Shown: in pieces, positions 1 to 10,434 of the stretch
Position numbering within the stretch: the first letter of the stretch is position 1
Layout: the number at the start of each line of letters is the position of its first letter
Source: Candidatus Anderseniibacteriota bacterium
Lineage (GTDB): Bacteria; Patescibacteriota; Andersenbacteria; UBA10190
Reading direction: 5' to 3'
Length of the DNA stretch: 64,000 nucleotides
Assembly (NCBI GenBank): GCA_016197005.1
Contig: JACPWO010000001.1
Coordinates: 87,266-151,265, forward strand
The notes under the pieces: model-generated
Seen by the model: the letters and a program-made list of their open reading frames with translations, nothing else
Told to the model about the DNA's origin: nothing
Databases searched by the model: none
Translations under genes and position numbers: made by a program

Positions 1-3
1 ACT

Positions 4-1107
4 TTGGCAGTATGGAGTGCCGTTTCAGCCCTTCGAGCTGATTCCTATATCCTGGGAATGCTGCGCCTACGAGACATTGGTCTGTACATGATGCTGTACT
101 TTGCCGTCCTGTACCTACCTAAACACACAAGTGAGGCCATGAGACGTCGTCTTCTCTGGTTTACGATTGGTGTGGTAATAACGTTGGGGCTAGCCGCCTG
201 GCAGTGGTTCTTTTCGGTGGATAGCGCGGTACTACGGTTTGACCCAGTTCGAGAGATTTGGATTCCCCGTATTTCCAGTATTTTGGCCCATCCCAGTATT
301 TACGGGGAATACCTTATTGCTGCATTCACGTTGTTTGTTTCAATTGTGGTGTATGGGCAGAGAAATAAGCAATGGTGGTTTATCCTCCTGACAGTTCTTA
401 CGCTGCCAGCTATATTCCTGACATATTCACGCGCCGTGTGGATTGGCACCGCCGCAGCAGTTGCTGCCATGGCCTTTGTGTACATGCTTCGGATTTTTCG
501 TGGTCGTCTGGTAAATACCGTCAACAAAGTAAATACGAGACGAAAATCACTGATGATTATCGTGAGTGTGATTGTATGTATCGCTGTCGGTACTCTTCTC
601 CTTCGTTTTACACCAGCGGGTGGCCTCGTCAGATCTATTTTTGATCCAACATATCAGAGTAACGAAGAGCGTGTGGAGTTTTTCGTTCGCCTTATTGCTC
701 CACTTTCAAATACAGAAGCCGTGGTTGGTAGGGGACTTGGTGATGTAATCGCTCAGAATTTTCGAGAGGTTGATCTTGAAGCCTATGATATTGCTGCGGG
801 AGCGTCCCGAGCAGTACAGCTCACGAAAAATACAACTCTAGTAGATAACCAATACCTCAAAACATTTATTGAGATGGGAGTTGTAGGAATTGTGCTTTAC
901 TTGTGGTTGTACTGGCGTGTTGCGGTAACCGCTATTCAATCGGTAAAATCTAGTTCGGATTCTCTGTTAGGCGTTGTGGGGTTATGGGCGGTTGGATTTG
1001 TCGCGGCCTTTGCTATCCAAGCTCTCTTTATAGATATCTGGGATATATTTCCGACGAACGCGTTATTTTGGATCAACGCCGCTTTATTGACTTCTACGAA
1101 AAAATAG
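4..1107 (+). CDS. O-antigen ligase/polymerase (Wzy_C-like) membrane protein, 5' end probably outside the window
   Basis: Multi-TM protein with RISS-HP, LTYSRAVW, GRGLG and DNQYLKTFIEMGVVG motifs typical of the WaaL/Wzy family. Confidence 0.75.
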   Translation: MAVWSAVSALRADSYILGMLRLRDIGLYMMLYFAVLYLPKHTSEAMRRRLLWFTIGVVITLGLAAWQWFFSVDSAVLRFDPVREIWIPRISSILAHPSIYGEYLIAAFTLFVSIVVYGQRNKQWWFILLTVLTLPAIFLTYSRAVWIGTAAAVAAMAFVYMLRIFRGRLVNTVNKVNTRRKSLMIIVSVIVCIAVGTLLLRFTPAGGLVRSIFDPTYQSNEERVEFFVRLIAPLSNTEAVVGRGLGDVIAQNFREVDLEAYDIAAGASRAVQLTKNTTLVDNQYLKTFIEMGVVGIVLYLWLYWRVAVTAIQSVKSSSDSLLGVVGLWAVGFVAAFAIQALFIDIWDIFPTNALFWINAALLTSTKK

Positions 1108-1155
1108 TACAAATTATTTCTGGTTGGTAATTCCGTGGACTCGAAAGGAGAGCAC

Positions 1156-1527
1156 ATGTTTTGCAACAGCACGTTTCAACTGATCACGGCTTCTGTTCTA
1201 CCACACAAAAAGAGGCAAGTCTGGGTATCTCGCTTACCTGCTCCACAGGCCATTCGCTTTGGGGATCATGCATTTTTGTATCTATCGGACAGACAAGAAA
1301 TTCAGTTTTCGTGGGAAAATCCCAGTCAATACGTACCGGTAGGAAGGTTTCAAGAAGTAATCTTTGCTCGGCCTCTGGAATACCCTGAGGTACTTTATGT
1401 AGAAGGATACTATCCCGCCGACTTTCTCATTACTCCTACCGGAACGACTCGCGGAGGGTGGGAAGATCTGATTGAGGCTGCTGTGACATCCATAGACAGA
1501 TGGGCTCTGGCCTCGGAAAGCAACTAG
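1156..1527 (+). CDS. Orphan hypothetical protein (123 aa)
   Basis: AAAGGAG Shine-Dalgarno at 1144-1150 before the ATG at 1156; followed by a terminator. Confidence 0.6.
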   Translation: MFCNSTFQLITASVLPHKKRQVWVSRLPAPQAIRFGDHAFLYLSDRQEIQFSWENPSQYVPVGRFQEVIFARPLEYPEVLYVEGYYPADFLITPTGTTRGGWEDLIEAAVTSIDRWALASESN

Positions 1528-1540
1528 CAAGATCATTGCG

Positions 1541-1567
1541 AGCGAGAGTTTTTTCTCTCGCTTTTTT
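1541..1567 (+). terminator. Intrinsic terminator
   Basis: AGCGAGAG/CTCTCGCT stem followed by a T tract. Confidence 0.75.
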
Positions 1568-1581
1568 ATATCGTATACATC

Positions 1582-2604
1582 TTAGAAACCTCGCCTTTTC
1601 TTCCGCCACATATCAATAAGCCACATTTTCCAATATCCAAATGATAACGGCAGATCCTGAGCATGCAGATAATCAATCGCGTAACCGCCAAACCCTTTTT
1701 TGAATGTTGTTATGCCAGCAAAAGGATGATTCGGTTCATTATCCGGGGCTATACCCCAGAAGTTGTATTGCGTAGCACCTCGTCTTTCTGCTTCCTTAAT
1801 TGTTTCCCATTGTAATAGTTGGGCGGCAGGAATTGATGTTGAGAGTTTAAGAGAAGCTCCGTGGTAATAGAAAACAGTATCGCCGAAGTGCATAAGCATC
1901 GCCCCGGCTACATCTTTTCCGTCATGTGAAGCTATTACAAAAAACATGTTATTCTCTTTGGAAAATTCTTCTGCCTGCGTCTGCAAAAAGCTGCGAGAAA
2001 AAGGAACAAAACCATGTCGATCTTTAGTTGTCTCGTAAAGCGGCCAAAACCGATCAAGCCCAGTTTGTATGTCAGTCACAATTTCTACCTGCACATTGGC
2101 CTGCTGTGCTTTTTTAATAGCGTGACGAGTAGTCTTACGCATGCCGGCTAAAATTTCCTCCTCACTTTTATAAATACTAAGCACCCATGTAAGTTCAGCA
2201 TGAATGTGTAAAGGCGCTGGACGAAAACCAGCCTCACTAAAAACAGCAACCGACTCAGGAGAAGTTTCAGTCAAAGGTGCTATTCGGAGAGCAGCTACCT
2301 GTTCTTTCGTTGCGTTTTCTTTAGCGTAGGCAACTAACTCAGCGACAGCTGTCTTTAATGGTAAGGGCGACTGAATGATTGGTCCGTGAGGAATAAGAAA
2401 GAATTTTCCGCGGCGAGCATTCACGGTGATAACGAGCGCAACGCCCTGCAGCTGTTGCCCTTCGTAAAAACCAAGGTAGCGGATGTTTTCACCCGTACGC
2501 TTCTGTACTTGGCCCCATTGCCATGATTGCAAAAACGTATTCGGCTTCACCTCACCCAAAAATCTGTCCCACTGCTCTTTATCTGTTATTTCAAGAATTT
2601 GCAT
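1582..2604 (-). CDS. FemABX-family peptidoglycan bridge peptidyltransferase (FemX-like)
   Basis: FLQSWQW, PHGP, MRKTTRHAIKKA and YNFWGI...GITTFKKGFGG motifs. Confidence 0.9.
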   Translation of the reverse strand: MQILEITDKEQWDRFLGEVKPNTFLQSWQWGQVQKRTGENIRYLGFYEGQQLQGVALVITVNARRGKFFLIPHGPIIQSPLPLKTAVAELVAYAKENATKEQVAALRIAPLTETSPESVAVFSEAGFRPAPLHIHAELTWVLSIYKSEEEILAGMRKTTRHAIKKAQQANVQVEIVTDIQTGLDRFWPLYETTKDRHGFVPFSRSFLQTQAEEFSKENNMFFVIASHDGKDVAGAMLMHFGDTVFYYHGASLKLSTSIPAAQLLQWETIKEAERRGATQYNFWGIAPDNEPNHPFAGITTFKKGFGGYAIDYLHAQDLPLSFGYWKMWLIDMWRKKRRGF

Positions 2605-3835
2605 AAGTTTTCATAAAAGTAATCACTGTTTCCACCTGAGCATCATTCATCCGAGGGTAGGTGGGGAGATTAATAACATGAACAGCGGCTTCTTCCGCAA
2701 CCAGGCAGCTACCGGTTATGTACCTAAAATCCGAGAGATTTGAACTACCAGGCATAAGTGCACCGTCATACCAATCGCCGAGCAGTATTCCCTGTTGTTG
2801 TGCTTTCTTCAAAAATCCTTTTTTATCTGACACACGCACCGGTAGACGGAGCCAGGCTGGCTCGCTGAGGGAAGCGATCTGAGGAAGATCAAAAGAAGAT
2901 AGTGTCCCCAGGGCATTCATATATCGCCGGGCAATATCTCGGCGACGAGCTAAGGCGTAAGAAAACTTTTTGAGTTGGACATGAGCCAGAAAGGCGAGAG
3001 CAGGAGCATATACCCAATCAATATGACTGGGTTTTCCACCCGTTTTTTCTGGGGTCTCATATGCTCGGCTGAGCAATCCTACCTTTTGAGCCAACACAAG
3101 AATGGCCTTACCAATACCGATCGTGTAGAGAGGAAGAATTAACGAAAACAAAATAGGGTGAAGTAATTGTTGGGCAACCCACTTCGGCGATGGGTTTGTT
3201 CGCACAGCTTGTAATGCTTTTAGTTTTGTAAAAAGCTGATCGTTATTTGTTGCAATAGCACCGCCAAAGACAGAAGAAATCATTTTATCTCGCCCAAAGC
3301 TCATAAAAGAGATATCACCGAATGTGCCGACTGGTTGACCATTATGAAGTGCCCCAAGAGATACGGCGCAATCTTCGATGACTAGTATATTTTTTTCCTT
3401 TCCCAGCCTAACTATTTCTTCTATCGGCCCCGGAATACCGAACGTGTGTTGAATAATAATTGCTCTGGTGCGAGGAGTTATCCGGCTCCGTATATTTTCT
3501 ACTGAGAGGTTATATGTGCGAGCGTCAATGTCGACATATATCGGCGTGGCACCTGCCCACATAATACTTTCAGGAACAGCGATACAGGTAAATGCTTGTA
3601 GAATAACTTCATCCCCGGCACCAATATTGGCCGCGAACAGTATGTCCGCTAGCGCCTGACGGCCAGAGGAGGCAAGAAGAACCCGTCTACCCGCTAAGAT
3701 TTGAGAAACTTGGCGACGCACTTGTTCGAGAATTTCTTTATTTTCTCGCACCGATGACATCAGCAGAGCCCTTAGGGCAGCCCGAACATCTTCGGAGGTG
3801 GTATTAGGCGAGAGCGAGATTGCAATTGGCTTCAT
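2591..3835 (-). CDS. DegT/DnrJ/EryC1/StrS PLP-dependent aminotransferase
   Basis: GAGDEVI, QHTFG, IEDCA and SFGRDK (PLP lysine) motifs. Confidence 0.88.
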   Translation of the reverse strand: MKPIAISLSPNTTSEDVRAALRALLMSSVRENKEILEQVRRQVSQILAGRRVLLASSGRQALADILFAANIGAGDEVILQAFTCIAVPESIMWAGATPIYVDIDARTYNLSVENIRSRITPRTRAIIIQHTFGIPGPIEEIVRLGKEKNILVIEDCAVSLGALHNGQPVGTFGDISFMSFGRDKMISSVFGGAIATNNDQLFTKLKALQAVRTNPSPKWVAQQLLHPILFSLILPLYTIGIGKAILVLAQKVGLLSRAYETPEKTGGKPSHIDWVYAPALAFLAHVQLKKFSYALARRRDIARRYMNALGTLSSFDLPQIASLSEPAWLRLPVRVSDKKGFLKKAQQQGILLGDWYDGALMPGSSNLSDFRYITGSCLVAEEAAVHVINLPTYPRMNDAQVETVITFMKTYANS

Positions 3836-3845
3836 GCACTAGACC

Positions 3846-5435
3846 CTAGCGGATGAGCGCATTTCGTACAACTTCAGGGACACGACCTTCAAAGAGGGTA
3901 ACAGTGCCTGATCCCACGCTTGCCGTAACAGTAGTGGTAAGTTCTTCGGATCGCGTAAACCAAAGCGCATTCTTTTGCTTTTTCCCCATTCCTTGACGAA
4001 TGTCGTGCTCATGCGCTTTCCCAAAAATTAAGACAGACGCACCACTGGCCGCTAGTGCTTGGCCCAGTCGCCGGTGTACACCTTTTCCTTCACGACCCAA
4101 TTCAATGATTGGTACAAACACGATGCGTTTATCTTCGGCATCAAATGCTTTCAGCTGCTCTAGCGCATTTAAAGCTGCCGCTTCGCCACCCGAATAACTG
4201 TCATCAATGACGACGGAACCACGAAGACCAGGCACAATGTGCATAGTTCGCGAAAGAGGCTTAAGACGACGCAGTGCAGCAAAAATATTTTTCGCTGGCA
4301 CATTGAGTGCACTCGCTGTGGCCGCTGCTGCTAAGGCACTATTCAATGCTGCCCGACCGGCTAGCGGGAGTGTGATTCGCTGCTGATTCTCACCAATATG
4401 CAGGAGAGCAGAAATCGATTGGGGAGAAAGAGAAATATCCTCAGCATATACATCGGCTCGGGTTTTCATTGAATACGCAACGACGGGAACTTTAGCCGTT
4501 TTGCTTCGCGTACGAATACGCTCATCATCCTTATTTACAACCGCCACGCCTTCAGATGGTAAGCCCTTTATTAACTCCCATTTGGCGGCCGCCAGGGCAG
4601 CAGTTGATCCAAAAAGTGCCGCGTGTTGATTAGAAATTGCGGTAACAACTCCAATACGGGGACGAGTAAGTTGAACAAGCGCAGCAATTTCTCCACGACG
4701 GTACGCAGCCATCTCGGCAATGTAAATTTCTGGTTCTTTCCGCAACTGTTCAATCATATCTTGGGCAACGGCGAACTCACTATTACGATGAGCACGGGTG
4801 GCCCGCACATTCAGCCCAGCTTGCTTGAGGATCTGGTACAAAAATTCTTTTGTAGAAGTTTTGCCAAAACTACCAGTAATACCAACCACTTTCATTTGTT
4901 GACGACTATCTCTCAATCGTGAAGCTTCTGCGATAATAGAACGTTTGCGAATACCGGCGACAGCATTGGCAAAAAGAACACATACGGCTGCAGCGGCAGG
5001 TAAAAAGAAGAGGAGGGTAGACAGCTGCAGGGCCGGATACAGTGGACTTCGCACTACCATCAGTAAAAGACCAATGACGACAGCGGCCAGAAGAAGTAAT
5101 AGAATTCCTGCTTTCGGAGTAATGTGGGGGCGGTAAATACCCGTGACCATCGCTTCGTACGCATATTTTAAAGCAAGCAGTATCAAGGCGGCGAAACCAA
5201 AATAATCTGGTAGCTCTGTAAAACCAGAAATGTACGTTACCCAACCAGCAAAAACACCAGCGGCGAATAATAAGAAAAAAATATCTTGCGTGGGACTGCC
5301 TTCAGGACTGGTTAGATAGGAACGCATTCGATCCCAGCGATATTCTTTTCGCTGCCAAAGGTAAGTTTGACGTAAAATAGAAAGCGTAGCGAGTATGCTG
5401 GCCAGAAGGGAACTTACCAGATAGGGTATCGGCAT
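3846..5435 (-). CDS. murF: UDP-MurNAc-tripeptide D-Ala-D-Ala ligase with N-terminal membrane domain
   Basis: GITGSFGKTSTKE P-loop and IDDSYS; about 160-aa hydrophobic N-terminus. Confidence 0.85.
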   Translation of the reverse strand: MPIPYLVSSLLASILATLSILRQTYLWQRKEYRWDRMRSYLTSPEGSPTQDIFFLLFAAGVFAGWVTYISGFTELPDYFGFAALILLALKYAYEAMVTGIYRPHITPKAGILLLLLAAVVIGLLLMVVRSPLYPALQLSTLLFFLPAAAAVCVLFANAVAGIRKRSIIAEASRLRDSRQQMKVVGITGSFGKTSTKEFLYQILKQAGLNVRATRAHRNSEFAVAQDMIEQLRKEPEIYIAEMAAYRRGEIAALVQLTRPRIGVVTAISNQHAALFGSTAALAAAKWELIKGLPSEGVAVVNKDDERIRTRSKTAKVPVVAYSMKTRADVYAEDISLSPQSISALLHIGENQQRITLPLAGRAALNSALAAAATASALNVPAKNIFAALRRLKPLSRTMHIVPGLRGSVVIDDSYSGGEAAALNALEQLKAFDAEDKRIVFVPIIELGREGKGVHRRLGQALAASGASVLIFGKAHEHDIRQGMGKKQKNALWFTRSEELTTTVTASVGSGTVTLFEGRVPEVVRNALIR

Positions 5436-5485
5436 ACCATCTATAATAAAGGAACTGGTAAGGACTAACTAGTAATACAGCACCT

Positions 5486-6448
5486 ATGAATCTAACGATA
5501 CAAATTGTCGGTTGGAATAGTGAAGGTAGTCTCAAGCGCTTACTGCCATTACTTCAAAAGCTGGACGCTGCTATTCCTGTTCGATATATCGATAACGCTT
5601 CAAGCGACGATTCTGTTGCCGTCGTAAAACAATTTCTGCCGCGGGCGGACATTATTACCGTTTCTGAAAACACTGGCTTTTGTAGCGGACATAATATTGG
5701 ATTTGCGGCTTGTGATACTGAATTCGTTCTTGTCCTTAATCCTGACGTTGAAATTGTTTGGGAACAAGTTCAAAAACTACTGCCATTGTTTCAAGACAAA
5801 ACAATTGCAGCCGTGCAAGGAAAACTTATGCGGAATGCCGTCGGCATTCTTGATTCCACCGGCGTTGTTCAAACAATTACACTTAATGGAAAAGAGCGTG
5901 GGGCAGGAGAAAAAGATACCGGACAGTATAACCAGCCAGCTCATGTGGCTGCCACTACTGGAGCATGCAGTATCTATCGCACCTCGGCTCTTCGTCGCGT
6001 AGCGCACGGCACCTATACGACCGCGGGACACTCTGCCTTAGAGGTGTTTGATAAAGATTTCTTTGCTTATAAGGAAGATGTGGACTTGGGTTGGCGTCTT
6101 AGAAATGCCGGGTTCACTAATCAGTATCTGCCGGTACGAGTAGGTACCCATCCTCGAGCCATGCGAACTATTGGTAGAGCAGGTTGGGGAATTATTCCTT
6201 CGCACATAGTAGACCGCCTACGAAACGTGACGACTCGTTGGTCCCTACGCAATTACGTCTGGATGATTGTAAAGAATGCTTCGGCGAAAAAAATATTTCT
6301 TCATGAAATTTTTATTGATGCACGACTTGGAGTATTCATTCTTCTCTCTCTTGTATACTGGCCCCTCTTATCGGTTTGGCTTGACATTTTCCAGAAATTA
6401 CCTCTAATGATGGAGAAACGCTATGAAGCTCGCCATTATCACCGTTAA
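5486..6448 (+). CDS. Glycosyltransferase family 2
   Basis: IDNASSD, LNPD and FFAYKEDVDLGWR motifs. Confidence 0.9.
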   Translation: MNLTIQIVGWNSEGSLKRLLPLLQKLDAAIPVRYIDNASSDDSVAVVKQFLPRADIITVSENTGFCSGHNIGFAACDTEFVLVLNPDVEIVWEQVQKLLPLFQDKTIAAVQGKLMRNAVGILDSTGVVQTITLNGKERGAGEKDTGQYNQPAHVAATTGACSIYRTSALRRVAHGTYTTAGHSALEVFDKDFFAYKEDVDLGWRLRNAGFTNQYLPVRVGTHPRAMRTIGRAGWGIIPSHIVDRLRNVTTRWSLRNYVWMIVKNASAKKIFLHEIFIDARLGVFILLSLVYWPLLSVWLDIFQKLPLMMEKRYEARHYHR

Positions 6449-7262
6449 TTATAAGTCGCGGATTCTAACCGCTTCTCTTATTGAATCTCTTCTGCGCGCA
6501 AATCTTCCCAAGCAGGTAGAGATTATTGTCGTAGATAACAACTCTCAAGATAACAGCGTAGAACTCCTGCGTTCTGATTTTCCTGAAGTAACTGTTATTG
6601 CTAATGAGGAAAACCTGGGGTTAGCGGGTGGAGTAAATACGGCCATGAAAAGCGTGAAGAGTGACTATTACCTTATTCTCAATCCTGATATGACCGTGGA
6701 GCCCGATGCGGTGACCAAGCTTGTTGCGTTTATGGACAGGAATGAAACGGTTGGCATGGCCGGTGGAAAGCTTCTGTCACCGGGCGGCGAACTTCAAGCT
6801 TCTTGCTTCCGTTTTTATACACCCATGATTATCGTGTATCGCCGTACGTGGCTAGGAAAAACAAAGCGAGGACAAAAAGCACTTAGTGAATTTCTGATGG
6901 AAGACTTCGATCACGCCTCCGCCGTCGATGTCGATTGGCTCATGGGTGCCTGCCTTATTGTTCGAGGGAAAGCCATCACCCAAGTAGGCGGTATGGATGA
7001 ACGGTATTTCATGTATTTTGAAGACGTAGATTGGGGACGACGAATGTGGGAAGCTGGCTGGCGCGTGTCGTATGTACCGGACGCACGTTTTTCTCATTTC
7101 CATCAGCGCAGCAGCGAGCAAGGAATTTTAAGCTACTTCACTAACCGACCGACCCGCGAACATATCAAGTCCGCCTTAAAGTATTTCTGGAAATACCAGG
7201 GAAAGCGTTACAATGGCACACATGGCACAGCATCTGCCGACAATAAAACTGGATCAGTTTGA
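6423..7262 (+). CDS. Glycosyltransferase family 2 (rhamnosyltransferase-like)
   Basis: VVDNNSQD, LNPD and MDERYFMYFEDVDW motifs. Confidence 0.9.
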   Translation: MKLAIITVNYKSRILTASLIESLLRANLPKQVEIIVVDNNSQDNSVELLRSDFPEVTVIANEENLGLAGGVNTAMKSVKSDYYLILNPDMTVEPDAVTKLVAFMDRNETVGMAGGKLLSPGGELQASCFRFYTPMIIVYRRTWLGKTKRGQKALSEFLMEDFDHASAVDVDWLMGACLIVRGKAITQVGGMDERYFMYFEDVDWGRRMWEAGWRVSYVPDARFSHFHQRSSEQGILSYFTNRPTREHIKSALKYFWKYQGKRYNGTHGTASADNKTGSV

Positions 7263-7932
7263 GGGTCCGTTTGATCTCTTACTTGAACTGGCGCGAAAGC
7301 GACAGGTCAATTTATCTGAGATTTCACTCCGCACTATTACGGACGACTTTTTATCCTATATTTCCGCTCACACAATTCCGGCTCTTATCCAGGGAGACTT
7401 TCTGGTCGTTGCCGCTACCCTGGCGTTGCTGAAAATTCGTAGCCTTCTACCAAATCTAACTCCAGAAGAGGAGGAGGAAATTTCTTCGTTAACTGATCGT
7501 GTTCGCGCCTACCAACTGTATCGGCAACAAGCAGAGAATTTCCAAAAACAGTGGGGGGAATTGCGACTACTTTCAGGAAGATTTTGGTCAGAAGAAAAAC
7601 CGGTCATACCAACAAAACCACTATCTTTTCCTACTGTTACGAGCAGCGATTTACAACATATATTTGCGTCGATTGTTCAGAAACTACCAAAAGCTCCCCA
7701 TCCTCGCGCCCATTTGGTACAGCGGGGTCGTTCCTTAATTGATTGGTTGCAGCTCTTGGAAACACGGCTCTCTAAAGTTCGCACCATCCTATTTCAAAAG
7801 ACACTCAAAGGTTCTTCCCCTCAGGACACGGCAATATCGTTTTTGGCAGTCCTAGAGCTAGCACGAAAACAAACCGTAGTTATTGAACAAACCACTCCGT
7901 TTTCAGAAATTACTATTGCTCGCCAGGTATGA
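7213..7932 (+). CDS. scpA: Segregation and condensation protein A
   Basis: FEGPFDLLL N-terminus, FLAVLEL C-terminus, adjacent to scpB. Confidence 0.92.
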   Translation: MAHMAQHLPTIKLDQFEGPFDLLLELARKRQVNLSEISLRTITDDFLSYISAHTIPALIQGDFLVVAATLALLKIRSLLPNLTPEEEEEISSLTDRVRAYQLYRQQAENFQKQWGELRLLSGRFWSEEKPVIPTKPLSFPTVTSSDLQHIFASIVQKLPKAPHPRAHLVQRGRSLIDWLQLLETRLSKVRTILFQKTLKGSSPQDTAISFLAVLELARKQTVVIEQTTPFSEITIARQV

Positions 7933-8462
7933 CCTCGCATACTCAGCACATACAGGCGCTCTTGTTTACCGCTGGTGAGGCGGTAAGTAAGGAGGAGCTA
8001 TGTCAGCTAAGTAAAGTAACTGAAGAAGAGTTGGCAGGCGCTATCCATGAAATGTCGGAGGCTCTCCGTGGCACTGGGCTCGCAATCATAGAAACGGCTA
8101 CTCATGTTGAGCTCGTAACCAGTCCGGCCGTAGCCGAATTCTTAGCAAAGTTTCAGCGGGAGGAATCAACCGAACTTTCTCGGGCAGCCTCGGAAACACT
8201 AGCCATCATTGCGTACCGCGGGCCTATTTCTCGTTACGACGTCGATATGCTTCGCGGGGTAGATAGCCGGGGTATGATTCGCCAGCTATTACAGCGAGGA
8301 ATTGTGCAGCGATTGCAACGCTCTGGTCGCACACCACTGTATGACATCACGGAAGAGTTTCTAAAACATATGGGAATCACCAATCGCACTGCTCTACCAC
8401 AGTTTGAAGACTTAAAAGAAGCAGACGGAGTAAATCGATTGCTCCAAAAGAGTTCTACGTAA
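7929..8462 (+). CDS. scpB: Segregation and condensation protein B
   Basis: LSRAASETLAIIAYRGPISR...RGVDS motif. Confidence 0.93.
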   Translation: MTSHTQHIQALLFTAGEAVSKEELCQLSKVTEEELAGAIHEMSEALRGTGLAIIETATHVELVTSPAVAEFLAKFQREESTELSRAASETLAIIAYRGPISRYDVDMLRGVDSRGMIRQLLQRGIVQRLQRSGRTPLYDITEEFLKHMGITNRTALPQFEDLKEADGVNRLLQKSST

Positions 8463-8467
8463 CTTCT

Positions 8468-9364
8468 ATGACACTTACAAGTACACTAGTAGCCGCTACC
8501 TTTTGCGCTCTCCTGCAACAACCACTGACCGAGTGTGTTGTCAGTAACAACACACCGGCAGCGGTCGCCGGTATTCAAACAATTACTACTCCTCAGCACA
8601 CGGGGGAAGCAGTTGATGTGGTATTAACCGCTCAGGCCGCCATTGTTTGGGACGTTGCCACCGGCACAATTTTATATGAAAAGAATGCAGATAGTCAGCG
8701 CCCAGTTGCTTCCTTAAGTAAGTTGGTGAGTGCGTTGACCATTCGATCGCTGATGGCGCCAGCAACAATTGTGGAAATTTCGCCAGCCGTTCGATCAGCC
8801 CAATTATCTGGAGCAAACATTAAGTTACCTATCGGTCAGCACGCCACCGTTCAAGAACTGCTGGAGGCGGGCATGATTGCATCTGCTAACGACGCGATGG
8901 TAGCGCTGGCCGAAGCAAGCAGTGGGAGCGAACAGGAGTTTGTAACATATGCAAATGCTCACGCCGCGGAATTGGGTCTTAGCCATACTCAACTTGCCAA
9001 CGCGACTGGTCTGGAGGGTGGCACTCAATACTCAACGGCACGAGACATAATGCAGGCGATGAAGCGAGTATATAGTGACTCACTATTGCGATCGTTTATG
9101 GATCAGAAAAGCGGGGTGCTGGTAACGGAAGAAGGTGCTCGCCGGGCATACGAAACAACCAATGACCTTATTGGCACTTATATGCCCATTTTGGCCGGGA
9201 AGACCGGCTACACGTTGGAGGCTGGGGAAAACCTAACTATTATTACTCGAGATAGCGCTGGTCACACGATTGGAGCAGTGGTTCTCGGCTCAGATCAGCG
9301 CTTTCAGGATATGAAAGTACTAGTCGAGTGGGTGTGGCGGAACTATACTTGGCATACGCTGTGA
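8468..9364 (+). CDS. D-alanyl-D-alanine carboxypeptidase (peptidase S11)
   Basis: SxxK (ASLSK), SxN (SAN) and KTG motifs. Confidence 0.9.
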   Translation: MTLTSTLVAATFCALLQQPLTECVVSNNTPAAVAGIQTITTPQHTGEAVDVVLTAQAAIVWDVATGTILYEKNADSQRPVASLSKLVSALTIRSLMAPATIVEISPAVRSAQLSGANIKLPIGQHATVQELLEAGMIASANDAMVALAEASSGSEQEFVTYANAHAAELGLSHTQLANATGLEGGTQYSTARDIMQAMKRVYSDSLLRSFMDQKSGVLVTEEGARRAYETTNDLIGTYMPILAGKTGYTLEAGENLTIITRDSAGHTIGAVVLGSDQRFQDMKVLVEWVWRNYTWHTL

Positions 9365-10434
9365 CATTTGGATTTTTCGAAAACCCAGAACAAATAATAA
9401 GCGTGGCACGGGTGCTCGGCACCGGGGCTATTAACTTTTTGGCGGCATTTGCCCTCATGCCCCTCGTGATAAAGCTACTTAACTCCTGGCGGTTCGCAAA
9501 AAACATTCGTAATGATGGCTTGACTCCAATTTACTCAAGTCTCCACTTAAAAAAGGCCGGCACACCGGTTGGGGGTGGTATCCTGGTCTGGGGAACCGTG
9601 GTGATACTGGCAATTCTATTTTGGATTCCAGCAGTTCTCTATCCTTCCAATCCTACGCTGACGTTGAATTTTCTAACTCGTCCCCAAACCCTACTCCCAA
9701 TAGGTGCACTGCTGGCCGCAGCATTAGTAGGTTTGGCCGACGACTATTTTAATGTTCGTGGCTACGGCCCGAAAGGTGGCGGACTACGTATGTGGCACCG
9801 CATTATTTTATATACCGTAGTAGCTGGTTTTGGTGCCTGGTGGTTTTTCTACAAACTTGAATGGAGCTTAATTCATGTCCCGGGAGTTGGAGACTTTGAA
9901 ATTGGCTGGTGGTATATCCCGCTATTCATTTTTGTTATTGTCTCAACTGCTTTTTCGGTGAATGAAGCAGACGGGCTGGATGGTCTAGCTGGTGGTATTC
10001 TCTTATTTTGCTACGGGGCATTTGCTGCGTATGCCTTCCATATTGGCAGGGTGGAGCTGGCAATGTTCTGTGCGGCCATTGTTGGATCGCTTTTAGCATT
10101 CTTATGGTTCAACGTCTATCCGGCTAAGTTTTTTATGGGAGATACGGGGGCGATGAGCCTTGGGACAACCCTGGGAGTTATGGCCATGCTTACGAATACC
10201 GCCTTAGTGTTACCAATTATTGCGTTTCCCTTAGTAGTTGAATCCTTATCCGTCATTATTCAACTTCTCTCCAAGAGGTTCTTAGGCAGAAAAATATTTC
10301 GCTCGACACCCCTTCATCATCATTTTGAGGCATTAGGTTGGCCAGAGACTCAAGTAACAATGCGATTCTGGATTGTGGCAGCAGTTTCGGCCGGACTTGG
10401 GCTAGTAATTGCTCTTCTTGGTAAAGGGGCATGA
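9361..10434 (+). CDS. mraY: Phospho-MurNAc-pentapeptide transferase
   Basis: KKAGTP, DD pair, DGLDGL, FMGDTG and PLHHHFE motifs; start placed at the GTGA overlap. Confidence 0.95.
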   Translation: MTFGFFENPEQIISVARVLGTGAINFLAAFALMPLVIKLLNSWRFAKNIRNDGLTPIYSSLHLKKAGTPVGGGILVWGTVVILAILFWIPAVLYPSNPTLTLNFLTRPQTLLPIGALLAAALVGLADDYFNVRGYGPKGGGLRMWHRIILYTVVAGFGAWWFFYKLEWSLIHVPGVGDFEIGWWYIPLFIFVIVSTAFSVNEADGLDGLAGGILLFCYGAFAAYAFHIGRVELAMFCAAIVGSLLAFLWFNVYPAKFFMGDTGAMSLGTTLGVMAMLTNTALVLPIIAFPLVVESLSVIIQLLSKRFLGRKIFRSTPLHHHFEALGWPETQVTMRFWIVAAVSAGLGLVIALLGKGA

